Shown here piece by piece: positions 52,660 to 61,829 of a stretch of DNA of 64,000 bases (the stretch's first letter is position 1; every line of letters begins with the position of its first letter). Origin of the DNA: a virus; IMG/VR virus record IMGVR_UViG_3300036766_000359, positions 96,001-160,000 of that record; one strand, given 5' to 3'. The translations under genes and the position numbers were made by a program. The notes under the pieces were generated by a model. It was given only the letters and a program-made list of their open reading frames with translations. It ran no database searches and was not told the DNA's origin.

Positions 52660-52947
52660 GTGGAGGTCACCATGTCGATAATCATCATGACGATGGCTGG
52701 AATTTTGGGCGGAGTGGTGCTGTACCCTTTGGCCGTGAGTCTATCAGTAAGCTTCGTCTGCGGCCCTTGTAGAGCAGCGGCAGCGTGGCTTAACGAACAT
52801 GATGGGGAGCGCTCTGCGTGTTATGTGATGCTGTTCGGACTAAAGTTGATTGCTTTCGTGGAAGGCGGTCTGGACACCCCGGCTGTTCATCTTCAAGAAC
52901 GCTTTAGAAAACGTATAGAGAACCTGGAAACACATGAAAAGTTTTGA
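52660..52947 (+). CDS. Small membrane protein (likely start ATG 52672)
   Basis: Hydrophobic N-terminus; GGAGG RBS. Confidence 0.65.
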   Translation: MEVTMSIIIMTMAGILGGVVLYPLAVSLSVSFVCGPCRAAAAWLNEHDGERSACYVMLFGLKLIAFVEGGLDTPAVHLQERFRKRIENLETHEKF

Positions 52948-53251
52948 GGATATCGATACCACAACTGGCACTTGGTCAGTCCCAGAAAAGAGAATGGAGA
53001 AGAATCGCCAAAACTTGCTTGGATTCTTTAGTGATATCGATAACTACGGTCGCGTTCGGAAAAGTGCCGTCGAGACATTTGAACCCGATGTATTCATCAA
53101 AATAATGAGACTTTTCCTTTATCACGAGAATGAGATGAGTCACATACAAGGTTTCGTAAATCGTTTCAGGAAATCCGCAAACGAGATAACCGATGACAAC
53201 ATTCGTGAAGTTCTAAAACAACTGGCCGTAAATGATGTAATGGATTCTTAG
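52934..53251 (+). CDS. Hypothetical protein with VMDS tag
   Basis: ...EITDDNIREVLKQLAVNDVMDS*. Confidence 0.8.
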   Translation: MKSFEDIDTTTGTWSVPEKRMEKNRQNLLGFFSDIDNYGRVRKSAVETFEPDVFIKIMRLFLYHENEMSHIQGFVNRFRKSANEITDDNIREVLKQLAVNDVMDS

Positions 53252-53273
53252 GATCCATGGCACATACTGTCGT

Positions 53274-53299
53274 CGTGGATCGAGAACCCGGTCGCGTAC
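53274..53299 (+). promoter_or_regulatory. Phage promoter motif (variant)
   Basis: cgtggat-N15-gtac. Confidence 0.55.
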
Positions 53300-53309
53300 T
53301 GGTGAGAAC

Positions 53310-53714
53310 ATGGCGTTACTGATTCACGTCGGCATTTCAGAAATTGAGAGTCGCATCAATAAAATTATCGAACCGAGACTGCGGCTTTTAACTGGCCCTA
53401 ACGAACTGTTGGACATAACTGTCAAAGTGCGCACGAATTTTCGCAAAAGAATTCGTAGTGTTGCAGACACTAAGATTGAACTAAAAAGTTCGTCTAACGG
53501 AGAAGAAAGTTTCAATGCTTGGTTGGCCGGTTTCGAGTATGCCAGGAAAATTCCTGATGACGTGCACTACTTCGTATTCCCTAATTCTAACTCTTTCGCA
53601 GTTATCCATTCGACCGATTGTCTTAAAAAAGTTGATCATATCATTGCAGAGTTTTCACATAAGGTGGCCGAACTGGAAAATATCTGCGCAGTTTCAGACG
53701 TGATGTTGTCGTAA
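53310..53714 (+). CDS. Hypothetical protein with VMLS tag
   Basis: ...ENICAVSDVMLS*. Confidence 0.75.
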   Translation: MALLIHVGISEIESRINKIIEPRLRLLTGPNELLDITVKVRTNFRKRIRSVADTKIELKSSSNGEESFNAWLAGFEYARKIPDDVHYFVFPNSNSFAVIHSTDCLKKVDHIIAEFSHKVAELENICAVSDVMLS

Positions 53715-53723
53715 CTTATACGG

Positions 53724-53749
53724 CGTAGATCCGCGCAGTCTCTCGGTAC
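53724..53749 (+). promoter_or_regulatory. Phage promoter motif
   Basis: cgtagat-N15-gtac. Confidence 0.8.
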
Positions 53750-53772
53750 TAGCAGGGAAGGAGAAACACAGC

Positions 53773-53811
53773 ATGGCGAAGCAAAACGATTGTACGGCAC
53801 TATGGAAGTAA
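53773..53811 (+). pseudogene. Stranded 5' end of the BRCT gene
   Basis: MAKQNDCTALWK* after promoter and AAGGAG; resembles MAKKNELTDMW at 54338. Confidence 0.55.
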
Positions 53812-53813
53812 AT

Positions 53814-54314
53814 TCATTCTATGTGTGGGCATTGACCATATGCTCCCTTCGCTAGGTTACAGTTATGGCACAACACTTGGAAACCAGGCGGATATTTGTT
53901 CGCTCGAAGCCATGAATAGATACCGAGACCATTAGTTCCGATCTGTCTTCTATGCTCTCTACCGCCGCCTTCAATATGGTCAATTGCAAGAAATTTCGGC
54001 TCATTAGTAGAACACCCGCCAAGACACATGCAATGGATGTTTCCTCCGCAATATGCTCGAAAAGCAGCCATGCGCATACTTTGTCGATATTCCCTAGCTT
54101 TCATGTATCTGATCTCTTTTGTGCATTCTCTCCAGTTTTTTGCTTTTCGAGCATATTCAGCTGGGTTATCTCGACGTCGTTTCTGATGATATTCACGTTG
54201 ACATAATTTACAGCGACTTTTATGACCATCTGAACACCTGGTATCCAAACCGAATTCATGAATGTCCTTCGGACCACAGATAATACATTGTTTTTCCATC
54301 ACCTCACCTCTCAT
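53814..54314 (-). CDS. Free-standing HNH-like homing endonuclease
   Basis: CIIC...DG..SRCKLC; LAIDHIEGGG...FQVLCHNCN.AK. Confidence 0.85.
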   Translation of the reverse strand: MRGEVMEKQCIICGPKDIHEFGLDTRCSDGHKSRCKLCQREYHQKRRRDNPAEYARKAKNWRECTKEIRYMKAREYRQSMRMAAFRAYCGGNIHCMCLGGCSTNEPKFLAIDHIEGGGREHRRQIGTNGLGIYSWLRANKYPPGFQVLCHNCNLAKGAYGQCPHIE

Positions 54315-54337
54315 TGAAAAGTAATGAAAGATTCATC

Positions 54338-54694
54338 ATGGCAAAGAAAAATGAATTGACTGATATGTGGGCTATTGTTCAGGTCATGGAGGTTTCCAAC
54401 GCCCTGAAGGGCAAGGTTTTCAGCATCACCGGCCACCTCGGGCTGAAACGACCCGAGATCGTTCAAATCATCGAGACGGCTGGTGGTCGATTTGAGGAAC
54501 GGCCTCGATGGGGAGTGAATTTTCTCATTACGAACTCGGACTGGAATAAGGGGTCGACCGTTGACCCCAAGAAGTCGTCGAAGTACATTGATGCAGAGCG
54601 CAATCGCATCAAGATCATCTCAGAGGACCAATTCTGTCAAATGGTCATCGATGGCGGAGAAACGATGGCTGACAACATCTCATCTGGTCGATGA
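54338..54694 (+). CDS. Stand-alone BRCT-domain protein
   Basis: LKGKVFSITGHL...IIETAGG...NFLITN...SSKY..A....IKIISEDQF. Confidence 0.88.
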   Translation: MAKKNELTDMWAIVQVMEVSNALKGKVFSITGHLGLKRPEIVQIIETAGGRFEERPRWGVNFLITNSDWNKGSTVDPKKSSKYIDAERNRIKIISEDQFCQMVIDGGETMADNISSGR

Positions 54695-54708
54695 ATTGTT
54701 GAGGGCGA

Positions 54709-55188
54709 ATGATTATCCAAAGTATATGTAATCTCACTTACGCAGAAGCTCTGGCCGATAATCCGGCTGCTGTTGCTGTGGTTCTAAAGAAGATCCGTAA
54801 GGGTCGCAGCAAGAAGAAGAACGACGCGCCCGAGACTTTCGAGTGGTCGTATGGCCTGGCTCTATTAGTAAACGGCTTGTCGCTGATGGACCGTCTTGCT
54901 GGCAAGAAGGAGTATGACGCGGACTTCACTGATGCACAGAAGGTGGCGGATTACGTTTCTCGCTGCACCACATGGTTGCAGGCTAACGGACACTCATGCC
55001 CTATTTCTGTCCCGGACTTCGTGGGTGAGGAAAAAGCCAGGCAACTTATTCAAGAAGGTGATGAACGGCGGCGATTCGAAGCTTTGTCTGTCGAAGATCA
55101 ACAAGCGGAGATCGCTAAACTCATGAGCGCCGCGATTGCAGGCGGAGCGAGAGTCGTTTTAGTACCAGAAAGACCACATGGCGAATAA
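54709..55188 (+). CDS. Hypothetical protein
   Basis: GAGGG RBS; 159 aa. Confidence 0.7.
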   Translation: MIIQSICNLTYAEALADNPAAVAVVLKKIRKGRSKKKNDAPETFEWSYGLALLVNGLSLMDRLAGKKEYDADFTDAQKVADYVSRCTTWLQANGHSCPISVPDFVGEEKARQLIQEGDERRRFEALSVEDQQAEIAKLMSAAIAGGARVVLVPERPHGE

Positions 55189-55321
55189 GAAACCCGTTGT
55201 CCAGCTATGCGAGTGGTTCTTTTTATGTAAGCGCCCCGCTACGACCATTGAGTCGCATCCGGTGTTAGGTAAAGTACCGATCTGTGCGCGTTGTGCCGCG
55301 TGGCTACGGAGCAACGAATAA
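55178..55321 (+). CDS. 47-aa Zn-binding peptide
   Basis: My translation: CEWFFLC...HPVLGKVPICARC. Confidence 0.65.
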   Translation: MANKKPVVQLCEWFFLCKRPATTIESHPVLGKVPICARCAAWLRSNE

Positions 55322-55550
55322 GGCGGTGATAGCCCGTCCTGCCATTCCCCGGCCCCGTCCTGCCTCCCGGCTGCACGGGGCCGATTCGTGCCGGGTCGAC
55401 GACCGACTGACAACCGAGAACCGCCGAGGTTATTACTGGTCACAACTTCCAGGGTCAGAGCAATCATGGTTCACCACTTTCGGCAGTCCCCGACCCATAT
55501 GGGCTCATCTCTGGGCTAAACTTGCAGTTCGTGAAGTGATGGAGTCTTGA
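55284..55550 (+). CDS. Small protein with VMES tag (start uncertain)
   Basis: ...WAKLAVREVMES*. Confidence 0.6.
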   Translation: MRVVPRGYGATNKAVIARPAIPRPRPASRLHGADSCRVDDRLTTENRRGYYWSQLPGSEQSWFTTFGSPRPIWAHLWAKLAVREVMES

Positions 55551-55631
55551 GCAAGGGTAATAACCCACCTTCCAGGCTCCTCCGACGCGCAAATTGTCAC
55601 ACAATAACTGTTTTCCGAGCTCTCCCCGAGC

Positions 55632-55657
55632 TGTAAGTTCGGATCGAAGCCGCGTAT
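55632..55657 (+). promoter_or_regulatory. Phage promoter motif
   Basis: tgtaagt-N15-gtat then GACGGAGG. Confidence 0.75.
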
Positions 55658-55678
55658 ACGGGACGGAGGATCAGATCA

Positions 55679-56449
55679 ATGATCAAGACACCGACATTTG
55701 TCGTTAACGACAACCAAGATCCCAAGAAGTCAAGGAAAGCCATACAAAACCTGAAGAGGATGATCAAGTATGGGAAAATCGCAGAAGCTGCTTTGAAAAA
55801 TATTAACACTCAGGGATATCACTCAGGCAGGAGCCCCATCATCAACGAAGTCTATGGTTTGAGCATTTCGGGCTTTTCAAATGAAAGAAACAGGCCCATG
55901 TCGAAATCAGCTACTTGCGAATATGTTCGATTCCATAAACGAGTCGAGGTTTCGCGAAGTGACGTCGGTGATCTGTCGAAACTTCGGGCTGAAGTTGACC
56001 ATACGGGTGGAGGAAAACCGGTCCTATACCTGGCGGGGCCTCTGTTTTTCCAGTTATTCCCCAACAAAGATATATTCGAGATCAAAGAAGGTCGGCGTCA
56101 GCTAGGGTTCATTAACATCAATAAAGGGTATATCTCTTTAACCCCGCACACGGATGTTGAACCACCGAATGGTTTCGATGATAAAGTAATCCGCATCTAC
56201 CAAGCGATGGCATTCGCCAAGGAGTCTCTACAATCTTTTTCTGCGTACGCAGGAACCGCGTTAGCTGACGTGGAGTTAGTGAAATACGCCACCCCCTATC
56301 CAAATAAGAAAACTCGGCCGGGGATGATGTCAAAAACCATCGAGATACAGAATAAATCTGGTGAGTGGATTTATGAGGAAGGTCACGCCGAGAGACTGTT
56401 TCTTGAAATCAACAAACTGGTGAAAATTCACCAGGTCATGACTTCATGA
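55679..56449 (+). CDS. Hypothetical protein with VMTS tag
   Basis: ...LEINKLVKIHQVMTS*. Confidence 0.8.
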   Translation: MIKTPTFVVNDNQDPKKSRKAIQNLKRMIKYGKIAEAALKNINTQGYHSGRSPIINEVYGLSISGFSNERNRPMSKSATCEYVRFHKRVEVSRSDVGDLSKLRAEVDHTGGGKPVLYLAGPLFFQLFPNKDIFEIKEGRRQLGFININKGYISLTPHTDVEPPNGFDDKVIRIYQAMAFAKESLQSFSAYAGTALADVELVKYATPYPNKKTRPGMMSKTIEIQNKSGEWIYEEGHAERLFLEINKLVKIHQVMTS

Positions 56450-56595
56450 AGAAAATGATTCGGTCGAAGCGTAAAGATAAAGCAAAAGAACTGCTGGTTT
56501 CCGCCCTGATCGAAGCGCTGTCCTCTGGTGTTCCACCAGACGAAGTCCTTTCAATAGTAAAAGAGTCACTGGTTTCACAAACTATGGAGTCGTAG
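56446..56595 (+). CDS. 49-aa helical protein with TMES tag
   Basis: My translation, ATGA-coupled: ...KDKAKELL...LSSGVPPDEVLSIVKESLVSQTMES*. Confidence 0.8.
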   Translation: MKKMIRSKRKDKAKELLVSALIEALSSGVPPDEVLSIVKESLVSQTMES

Positions 56596-56616
56596 ACCCG
56601 AACGTCGTGTGCGTAC
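56591..56616 (+). promoter_or_regulatory. Phage promoter motif overlapping the upstream stop
   Basis: cgtagac-N15-gtac then GGCGGAGG. Confidence 0.8.
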
Positions 56617-56630
56617 TCGTGGGCGGAGGC

Positions 56631-57254
56631 ATGATGGACTGCATAATTACCATCAAAGGTTCTGGAAGAGGCACAAGTAGAGGACATGGAGTTCCAGTCC
56701 ATGATAGGACTGAACCTGTCCGAAACTTTCTAGTTGATAACACTTATTTCTATATTGCAATCACCGAACATCTAACCACATGCAAAGTTTGTTCAATTGA
56801 CCAGATTTTGAAAGAGTATCTTCGAAGACGAATCGAAATTCCGAAGTTCCACGGTGCAACCGGGTCGTCCCTTATCAAAAGATCAATAACCCTTGAGAGA
56901 CTTGCCATGAAAAAAGGCGAGATCCTAACACCAGGGTTGGTGAACCAGTTTGTCATTCGTGGGTGCGCTGAAGATTTCGCACGTCACAGTGAACGTCTTG
57001 ACATTTGTGAGCAATATTTTGCAATTAAACTCATGTCACGACGGACCCACCAGTGGAGGGAGCAACTTGAAAGTTCCATGAAGTCCCAAAGAACCAAGAT
57101 CAAGGCAGGCGAGGGAATTGCATTCATGAAAATGGAAAGTCATATGCGTTGCATTAAAGAAATCGCAGACCTCGTTTCGCAGGGTGTAAATGCAGAACTT
57201 TCTCAAGAAGAATTGGAAAAACTTTTGAGAGTGTCTAGTGTGATGAATTCATAG
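56631..57254 (+). CDS. Hypothetical protein with VMNS tag
   Basis: ...ELSQEELEKLLRVSSVMNS*. Confidence 0.8.
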   Translation: MMDCIITIKGSGRGTSRGHGVPVHDRTEPVRNFLVDNTYFYIAITEHLTTCKVCSIDQILKEYLRRRIEIPKFHGATGSSLIKRSITLERLAMKKGEILTPGLVNQFVIRGCAEDFARHSERLDICEQYFAIKLMSRRTHQWREQLESSMKSQRTKIKAGEGIAFMKMESHMRCIKEIADLVSQGVNAELSQEELEKLLRVSSVMNS

Positions 57255-57259
57255 GCAGA

Positions 57260-57285
57260 CGGAGATCGGGGCACCGGACGCGTAC
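57260..57285 (+). promoter_or_regulatory. Phage promoter motif
   Basis: cggagat-N15-gtac then GGTGGAGG. Confidence 0.8.
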
Positions 57286-57304
57286 AGATGGTGGAGGTTA
57301 CGAT

Positions 57305-58090
57305 ATGAGCAATATGAAGAATCTTTTCAATCTGTTCGACCAGGAACCAAGTTTGGTAGAAATCACCGAGGCACAGAACGCTGTGCTGGAGAAGGATTTC
57401 GAGCGACAGGAGCAACTGCCGCTGGTTGTTGAAGCAGCCCCCGCTGCCATCTTTGCGATGCCCCCGGTCGCCTACATCAAGGCAGGTCGCCGCCACAAGT
57501 TGGTATTCGAGGGAGTTTGCACCAATTGTGCTCACTGCTCACAACCCCTCTCGGACGCCGTGTCGATCGAACGCGGGATCGGACCGGTTTGCTCGAAAAA
57601 GGGATACCTGGAAGATCCCAAGGTGTCGGACGAAATCCAGGCGATGATCGACTTGGCCGAGTTTCCTTCCTTGGTGACTTTCCTCGTCGAGCGGTATAAG
57701 CCGCAGGGCGTCCGTTCGATGATGAATGCCCTGGTGAAGATCTGTTCTCTCAACCGTCGTTCGCCAGTACATCCGGCATGCTGCGATGCCATCGAGTCGC
57801 TCGGATACACCCGACTTGCAAGCACTCTTCGTGAGAGCATCGCGGTCGTGGAAATTTCCGTGCTTTCAGCTTCTGACGACCGACTGAAAGTATGGGTCAA
57901 GAAGAGCGAGTGGAATTGGCGTTGGACGACCGAAATTCGACAGATCCTTGGGGCGGGGTACTCAACGCAACACAAGGGAACCTTAGTTCCAGCTGCCCGG
58001 AAACGGGAGTTGTGGAACCTGATCAAGAAGCATTATGCAGGCCTCTGTTGCAAGACTCCAACCGGAACTGTGAAGATTCCAGCGGTTTAA
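57305..58090 (+). CDS. Protein with DUF6011-like Zn motif and C-terminal HARP-like region
   Basis: CAHCSQPLSDAVSIERGIGPVC; GGAGG RBS. Confidence 0.8.
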   Translation: MSNMKNLFNLFDQEPSLVEITEAQNAVLEKDFERQEQLPLVVEAAPAAIFAMPPVAYIKAGRRHKLVFEGVCTNCAHCSQPLSDAVSIERGIGPVCSKKGYLEDPKVSDEIQAMIDLAEFPSLVTFLVERYKPQGVRSMMNALVKICSLNRRSPVHPACCDAIESLGYTRLASTLRESIAVVEISVLSASDDRLKVWVKKSEWNWRWTTEIRQILGAGYSTQHKGTLVPAARKRELWNLIKKHYAGLCCKTPTGTVKIPAV

Positions 58091-58214
58091 AACGGTGTCG
58101 GAAGTGTGGTGAATTTCGAAAAGGGTCTAAGACTCCTGAACACTGGTTTCGAATAATGAAATCTTTCCCTTCGCAGGCAGTCACCTCCAACTAACCAACG
58201 AAGGGTGTCACCAA

Positions 58215-58242
58215 CGCCTGGGCCTCGAAAGGGGCCCAGGCG
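58215..58242. terminator. GNRA-loop hairpin
   Basis: cgcctgggcctc-gaaa-ggggcccaggcg. Confidence 0.6.
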
Positions 58243-58300
58243 TATATTTGTGTTATATAGGTGAAAGGTCTCAGTCAAAGATAACTTACACACGTCCGCC

Positions 58301-58326
58301 CGGAAATTCGGCAGTTGTCGGTGTAC
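58301..58326 (+). promoter_or_regulatory. Phage promoter motif
   Basis: cggaaat-N15-gtac then GGTGGAGG. Confidence 0.8.
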
Positions 58327-58344
58327 GTGTGGTGGAGGTGACAC

Positions 58345-58653
58345 ATGACGGCACAGGAAATGGTTGCGAAGCTTTCTGGCGTGGAGAAGGGACAGCGGGT
58401 TTTCGTGAGCTACATTGCTGGGAGGAGGCCCACAGCCCGCGCTGAACGAGAGGCCGCAAAGGCCGACGACGAGGGTTATTGCAAGCGATGGTTCGAGGGG
58501 TCCTTCGAGTCCGTGTGGATCACGAAGAAGGGCCATCCGGTGATGACAGTCTTGAGCACGACCCGCTACAACGACGAGGACCCCACGGCTGAAGCCCACT
58601 ACAGGACTTTTAATCCGGCACTGGGGTCTATGCTAATTTTAGAGATTTTGTGA
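58345..58653 (+). CDS. Hypothetical protein
   Basis: GGAGG RBS; AT-rich last codons. Confidence 0.8.
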   Translation: MTAQEMVAKLSGVEKGQRVFVSYIAGRRPTARAEREAAKADDEGYCKRWFEGSFESVWITKKGHPVMTVLSTTRYNDEDPTAEAHYRTFNPALGSMLILEIL

Positions 58654-58665
58654 ACTTTCAACTGC

Positions 58666-59124
58666 ATGAAAAAATTGAAGGTCTGTAGAAAATGTCTACA
58701 AGAAAAATATCTAACTGAGTTCACCTTCAAAAGAAGGAAAAATGGCACCAAGACACCTAGATCTTGGTGCCGCCTATGTAGCTATGAGTATAGGAGATGC
58801 TACTATTCTAATAGTCCACTACAACAAGAGAAGCTAAAAGCTTCCAACAAACACCATAAAACTGTTCTCTCTGCATACATGGAACAAATAAAGAGTGTTC
58901 CATGTATGGACTGTAAACAGAGTTTCCCTTATTACGTAATGGATTTTGATCATAGAGATCCGTCCAAGAAAGAAGCAAACGTCGGTAGTCTTAGGAGGGA
59001 TGGGGCTAGTTTAGAAGCTTTAAAAACTGAAATCGCAAAGTGTGATATCGTTTGCGCAAATTGTCATAGAGTTAGAACCCATAAAAAGAAAGATGGGCCT
59101 GATGTTTATTATGCGCTCACATAA
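58666..59124 (+). CDS. Free-standing HNH endonuclease
   Basis: CRKC...SWCRLC; PCMDC...MDFDHRDP..K...EIAKCDIVCANCHRVRT. Confidence 0.9.
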   Translation: MKKLKVCRKCLQEKYLTEFTFKRRKNGTKTPRSWCRLCSYEYRRCYYSNSPLQQEKLKASNKHHKTVLSAYMEQIKSVPCMDCKQSFPYYVMDFDHRDPSKKEANVGSLRRDGASLEALKTEIAKCDIVCANCHRVRTHKKKDGPDVYYALT

Positions 59125-59147
59125 CTCAAAAGGAAGTGCCGAGCCCG

Positions 59148-59173
59148 TGTAAGTTCTTGTATCGCGCGTGTAT
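59148..59173 (+). promoter_or_regulatory. Phage promoter motif
   Basis: tgtaagt-N15-gtat then GGTGGAGG. Confidence 0.7.
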
Positions 59174-59234
59174 GCGGTGGAGGCGGCAAACATCGTGATG
59201 GGCTTCTCTCCCTGGAAATCTTGTAAGGAGCCAA

Positions 59235-59837
59235 ATGACATTAGTTAAAGGTCGTGCATTGGAAGAACTCTTCGCTTTGGCATATGCCAATGCCCCAAAG
59301 AAATCAGCGCTCATCGCAAACGTTGGGAGTTTACCAGGAGTCCTGTGTTCTCACGGGTCTAATGCCTTTGTTGCGGGATTTGCAAAGTGTTACCAGATGA
59401 CCTCTGATGAGCAACTACATATGGTTGAGTTCATATCAGTTGCTACCGAACATTCTTTTCTTCTTCAAGACATTCAACCTTTCCAAAGTGCTCTTGAGGA
59501 CGTAAAGAACAGAACCTACGCACAGGTCCCGACGCCGAGGAAAGTGATGGTCAAAATGGTTCACCAAAGGATGATGAGTTTGCTTAAGGCAGTTCATGGT
59601 CGTAACGAACTATGTGCGCAGTACCCGAATAGTTACAAGAATACCTCTGCAGTTCCAACGCTCTGTTCTAAACAGAGTTTCGTTGACTGGGTGGAACACA
59701 ACAGAAAACAAAACTACAACGATAAAATAGTCATCAACGCTGACATCATCAGCATCCTTACGCGTGATGATATTCTTGACGATGTTTACCTAGAAGCATG
59801 GGATCTCGTTCAGGTTCGAGAAATAATGGAATCGTAA
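59235..59837 (+). CDS. Hypothetical protein with IMES tag
   Basis: AAGGAG RBS; ...AWDLVQVREIMES*. Confidence 0.8.
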   Translation: MTLVKGRALEELFALAYANAPKKSALIANVGSLPGVLCSHGSNAFVAGFAKCYQMTSDEQLHMVEFISVATEHSFLLQDIQPFQSALEDVKNRTYAQVPTPRKVMVKMVHQRMMSLLKAVHGRNELCAQYPNSYKNTSAVPTLCSKQSFVDWVEHNRKQNYNDKIVINADIISILTRDDILDDVYLEAWDLVQVREIMES

Positions 59838-59880
59838 ATCTCGCTCTTGGTGATAACTCCCTGGACAGCAGCTCGAACTG

Positions 59881-59906
59881 CGTAAATTCGCGTGTCGCGT
59901 GCGTAC
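59881..59906 (+). promoter_or_regulatory. Phage promoter motif
   Basis: cgtaaat-N15-gtac then GGAGGTG. Confidence 0.85.
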
Positions 59907-59925
59907 ACGTGATGGAGGTGACGAC

Positions 59926-61107
59926 ATGCCACAATTGATCGAAGGAAGTCCAGTTTTCATTCAGGGCTCTGGTGCTAAGCCATATGAACTCAAGAACACT
60001 GGCGGGATACATAGCTGTAGCTGCCCCGCTTGGAGAAACCAGAGTGTTCACATCGACCGCCGCACATGCAAGCATCTGAAAAAGCATTGTGGGGATGCGG
60101 CTGAAATGGCGCGTGTTGGTACAAGTCCGCTGAACGCGGCGGTCCTGGGGCCTGCTCTGGTTCAAGGACCGAAGCCCGTTCCCGCCGTCACACACACGCG
60201 CATGCAAGCACATGAGGTTGGAATCGATGGTCGCGAGTTCACCGCTGACGCTGAGTACGCTGATACGGTAGTGCAGCGTGCCCTAGCTGACGGACGCAAA
60301 CTCCGTCAAGACGAAAAGGCCAAGCTTTTTGGACCGCCAGTCCTCCTCGCGCACAAGTTCGAGGACTTCGAGGACCTGGACCCGACGGGGTGGTGGTGTT
60401 CCGAGAAGCTCGATGGCGTTCGGGCCTACTGGAACGGCAAAGACTTCATTTCACGCCAGGGTAACATTTTCCACGCCCCGGAATGGTTCAAGGCCGCACT
60501 GCCGAAGGATGAAGTCCTGGACGGCGAACTCTGGATTGGACGCCAGATGTTCCAGAAGACCATCTCGGTCGTCAAGCGTCTTGATTGGGGCGACGGCGCA
60601 AAGCTCGTCAAGTATATTATTTTCGACGTGCCATCTCGCAAAGATGAAGCGTTCGAGTCTCGCCTGAATGCGGCATGCAATCACGCAGTTGCAGCCAACG
60701 TGCCGCACGTTCAGGCACACCCGCACTATTTGGTTCAGTCACGCACGAGCCTGCTCTCGGACCTCAAGAAGATTGAGGCGGCAGGCGGCGAAGGCCTGAT
60801 GATCCGCAAGCCCATGTCTCTGTACGAGATCGGGCGGTCATCGACGTTGCTGAAGGTCAAGCCGTTCAAGGACGATGAAGGTGTCGTCGTTGCACACAAG
60901 CCTGGTAAGGGCAGACACAAAGGCGTACTCGGTGGCGTCACGATTCGGTGGAACTCAGTTGAGTTCGACCTCGGGACCGGGTTCACAGACGAGGACCGTC
61001 GAAATCCTCCTCCCATCGGAGCCACAGTCACCTTCAGGTACACCGAGCTGACTGAAGACGGGAAGCCAAAATGCACCGCGTTTATCGCAGTCAGGGAGGG
61101 TTACTAA
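59926..61107 (+). CDS. ATP-dependent DNA ligase with N-terminal SWIM Zn finger
   Basis: SCSCPAW...CKHL; SEKLDGVRAYW, LDGELW, GEGLMIR, LLKVK, FDLGTGF, TFRY.ELT.DG.P. Confidence 0.93.
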   Translation: MPQLIEGSPVFIQGSGAKPYELKNTGGIHSCSCPAWRNQSVHIDRRTCKHLKKHCGDAAEMARVGTSPLNAAVLGPALVQGPKPVPAVTHTRMQAHEVGIDGREFTADAEYADTVVQRALADGRKLRQDEKAKLFGPPVLLAHKFEDFEDLDPTGWWCSEKLDGVRAYWNGKDFISRQGNIFHAPEWFKAALPKDEVLDGELWIGRQMFQKTISVVKRLDWGDGAKLVKYIIFDVPSRKDEAFESRLNAACNHAVAANVPHVQAHPHYLVQSRTSLLSDLKKIEAAGGEGLMIRKPMSLYEIGRSSTLLKVKPFKDDEGVVVAHKPGKGRHKGVLGGVTIRWNSVEFDLGTGFTDEDRRNPPPIGATVTFRYTELTEDGKPKCTAFIAVREGY

Positions 61108-61278
61108 ATGAGTAAACCAGCCAAGAAACCGATGTTCAAGTGGACCGACAAAGCGAAAAAAGATGCAATTGAAAAATTCCATCGAGAAGCTGAGAGGTTA
61201 CTCAGTGGCGGGGTTTCAATCGAGGACCTAAGGAGTGCATGCGACATGGCAATAGCAGCGGATGTCACCCGCTCCTAA
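61108..61278 (+). CDS. 56-aa helical protein, variant tag (AADVTRS)
   Basis: My translation: MSKPAKKPMFKWTDKAKKDA...; paralog at 61830. Confidence 0.8.
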   Translation: MSKPAKKPMFKWTDKAKKDAIEKFHREAERLLSGGVSIEDLRSACDMAIAADVTRS

Positions 61279-61316
61279 AAATATACACCATATAAACGAA
61301 AATACTGTCAGACATC

Positions 61317-61514
61317 ATGACGAAGACACGTGAAAAGAAGTGGCTGATTGTTTGCGATGACAGTGGTCATCACCGGGCGATGTCAAAGTCATGGCTTGAA
61401 CTGAACGGACTCGGACTCGGCACTTTTCATGTTGTTGATGAAGCTCATCATTATCTAGGAGCATGTAGGCTGGCTGACAAGTTGAATGAAGTATCGAACG
61501 TCATGGGGTCATAG
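61317..61514 (+). CDS. W..V.D..GHH family protein with VMGS tag
   Basis: WLIVCDDSGHHR...ADKLNEVSNVMGS*. Confidence 0.8.
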   Translation: MTKTREKKWLIVCDDSGHHRAMSKSWLELNGLGLGTFHVVDEAHHYLGACRLADKLNEVSNVMGS

Positions 61515-61718
61515 ATGACAAGTCGTAATGATGATTGGTTCGTAGTTGTTGATCCTGTCGGTCATCATCGCCCATGGGGTCCCCCTGAACTCCTTGAGTG
61601 GAACGGGTGCGCCAATATACCAGTCGGGTGGAGTGTGGTTGACAGGGGGGTGTCATTGAAAGAGGCACGCAAGAGGGCTGATGAACTCAATTACGTAGAA
61701 GAAATCATGAAGTCATGA
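61515..61718 (+). CDS. W..V.D..GHH family protein with IMKS tag
   Basis: WFVVVDPVGHHR...ADELNYVEEIMKS*. Confidence 0.8.
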   Translation: MTSRNDDWFVVVDPVGHHRPWGPPELLEWNGCANIPVGWSVVDRGVSLKEARKRADELNYVEEIMKS

Positions 61719-61829
61719 CCAGCACCAAATAAAAACGAGGCCGGTGCTGGTAAGGTATAGTCCCAGTGTACTTTGGGTAGCATGAAATTCGAGTGGTGGG
61801 TTTTAAACACGTCTAGCTAAGAGGAACCA

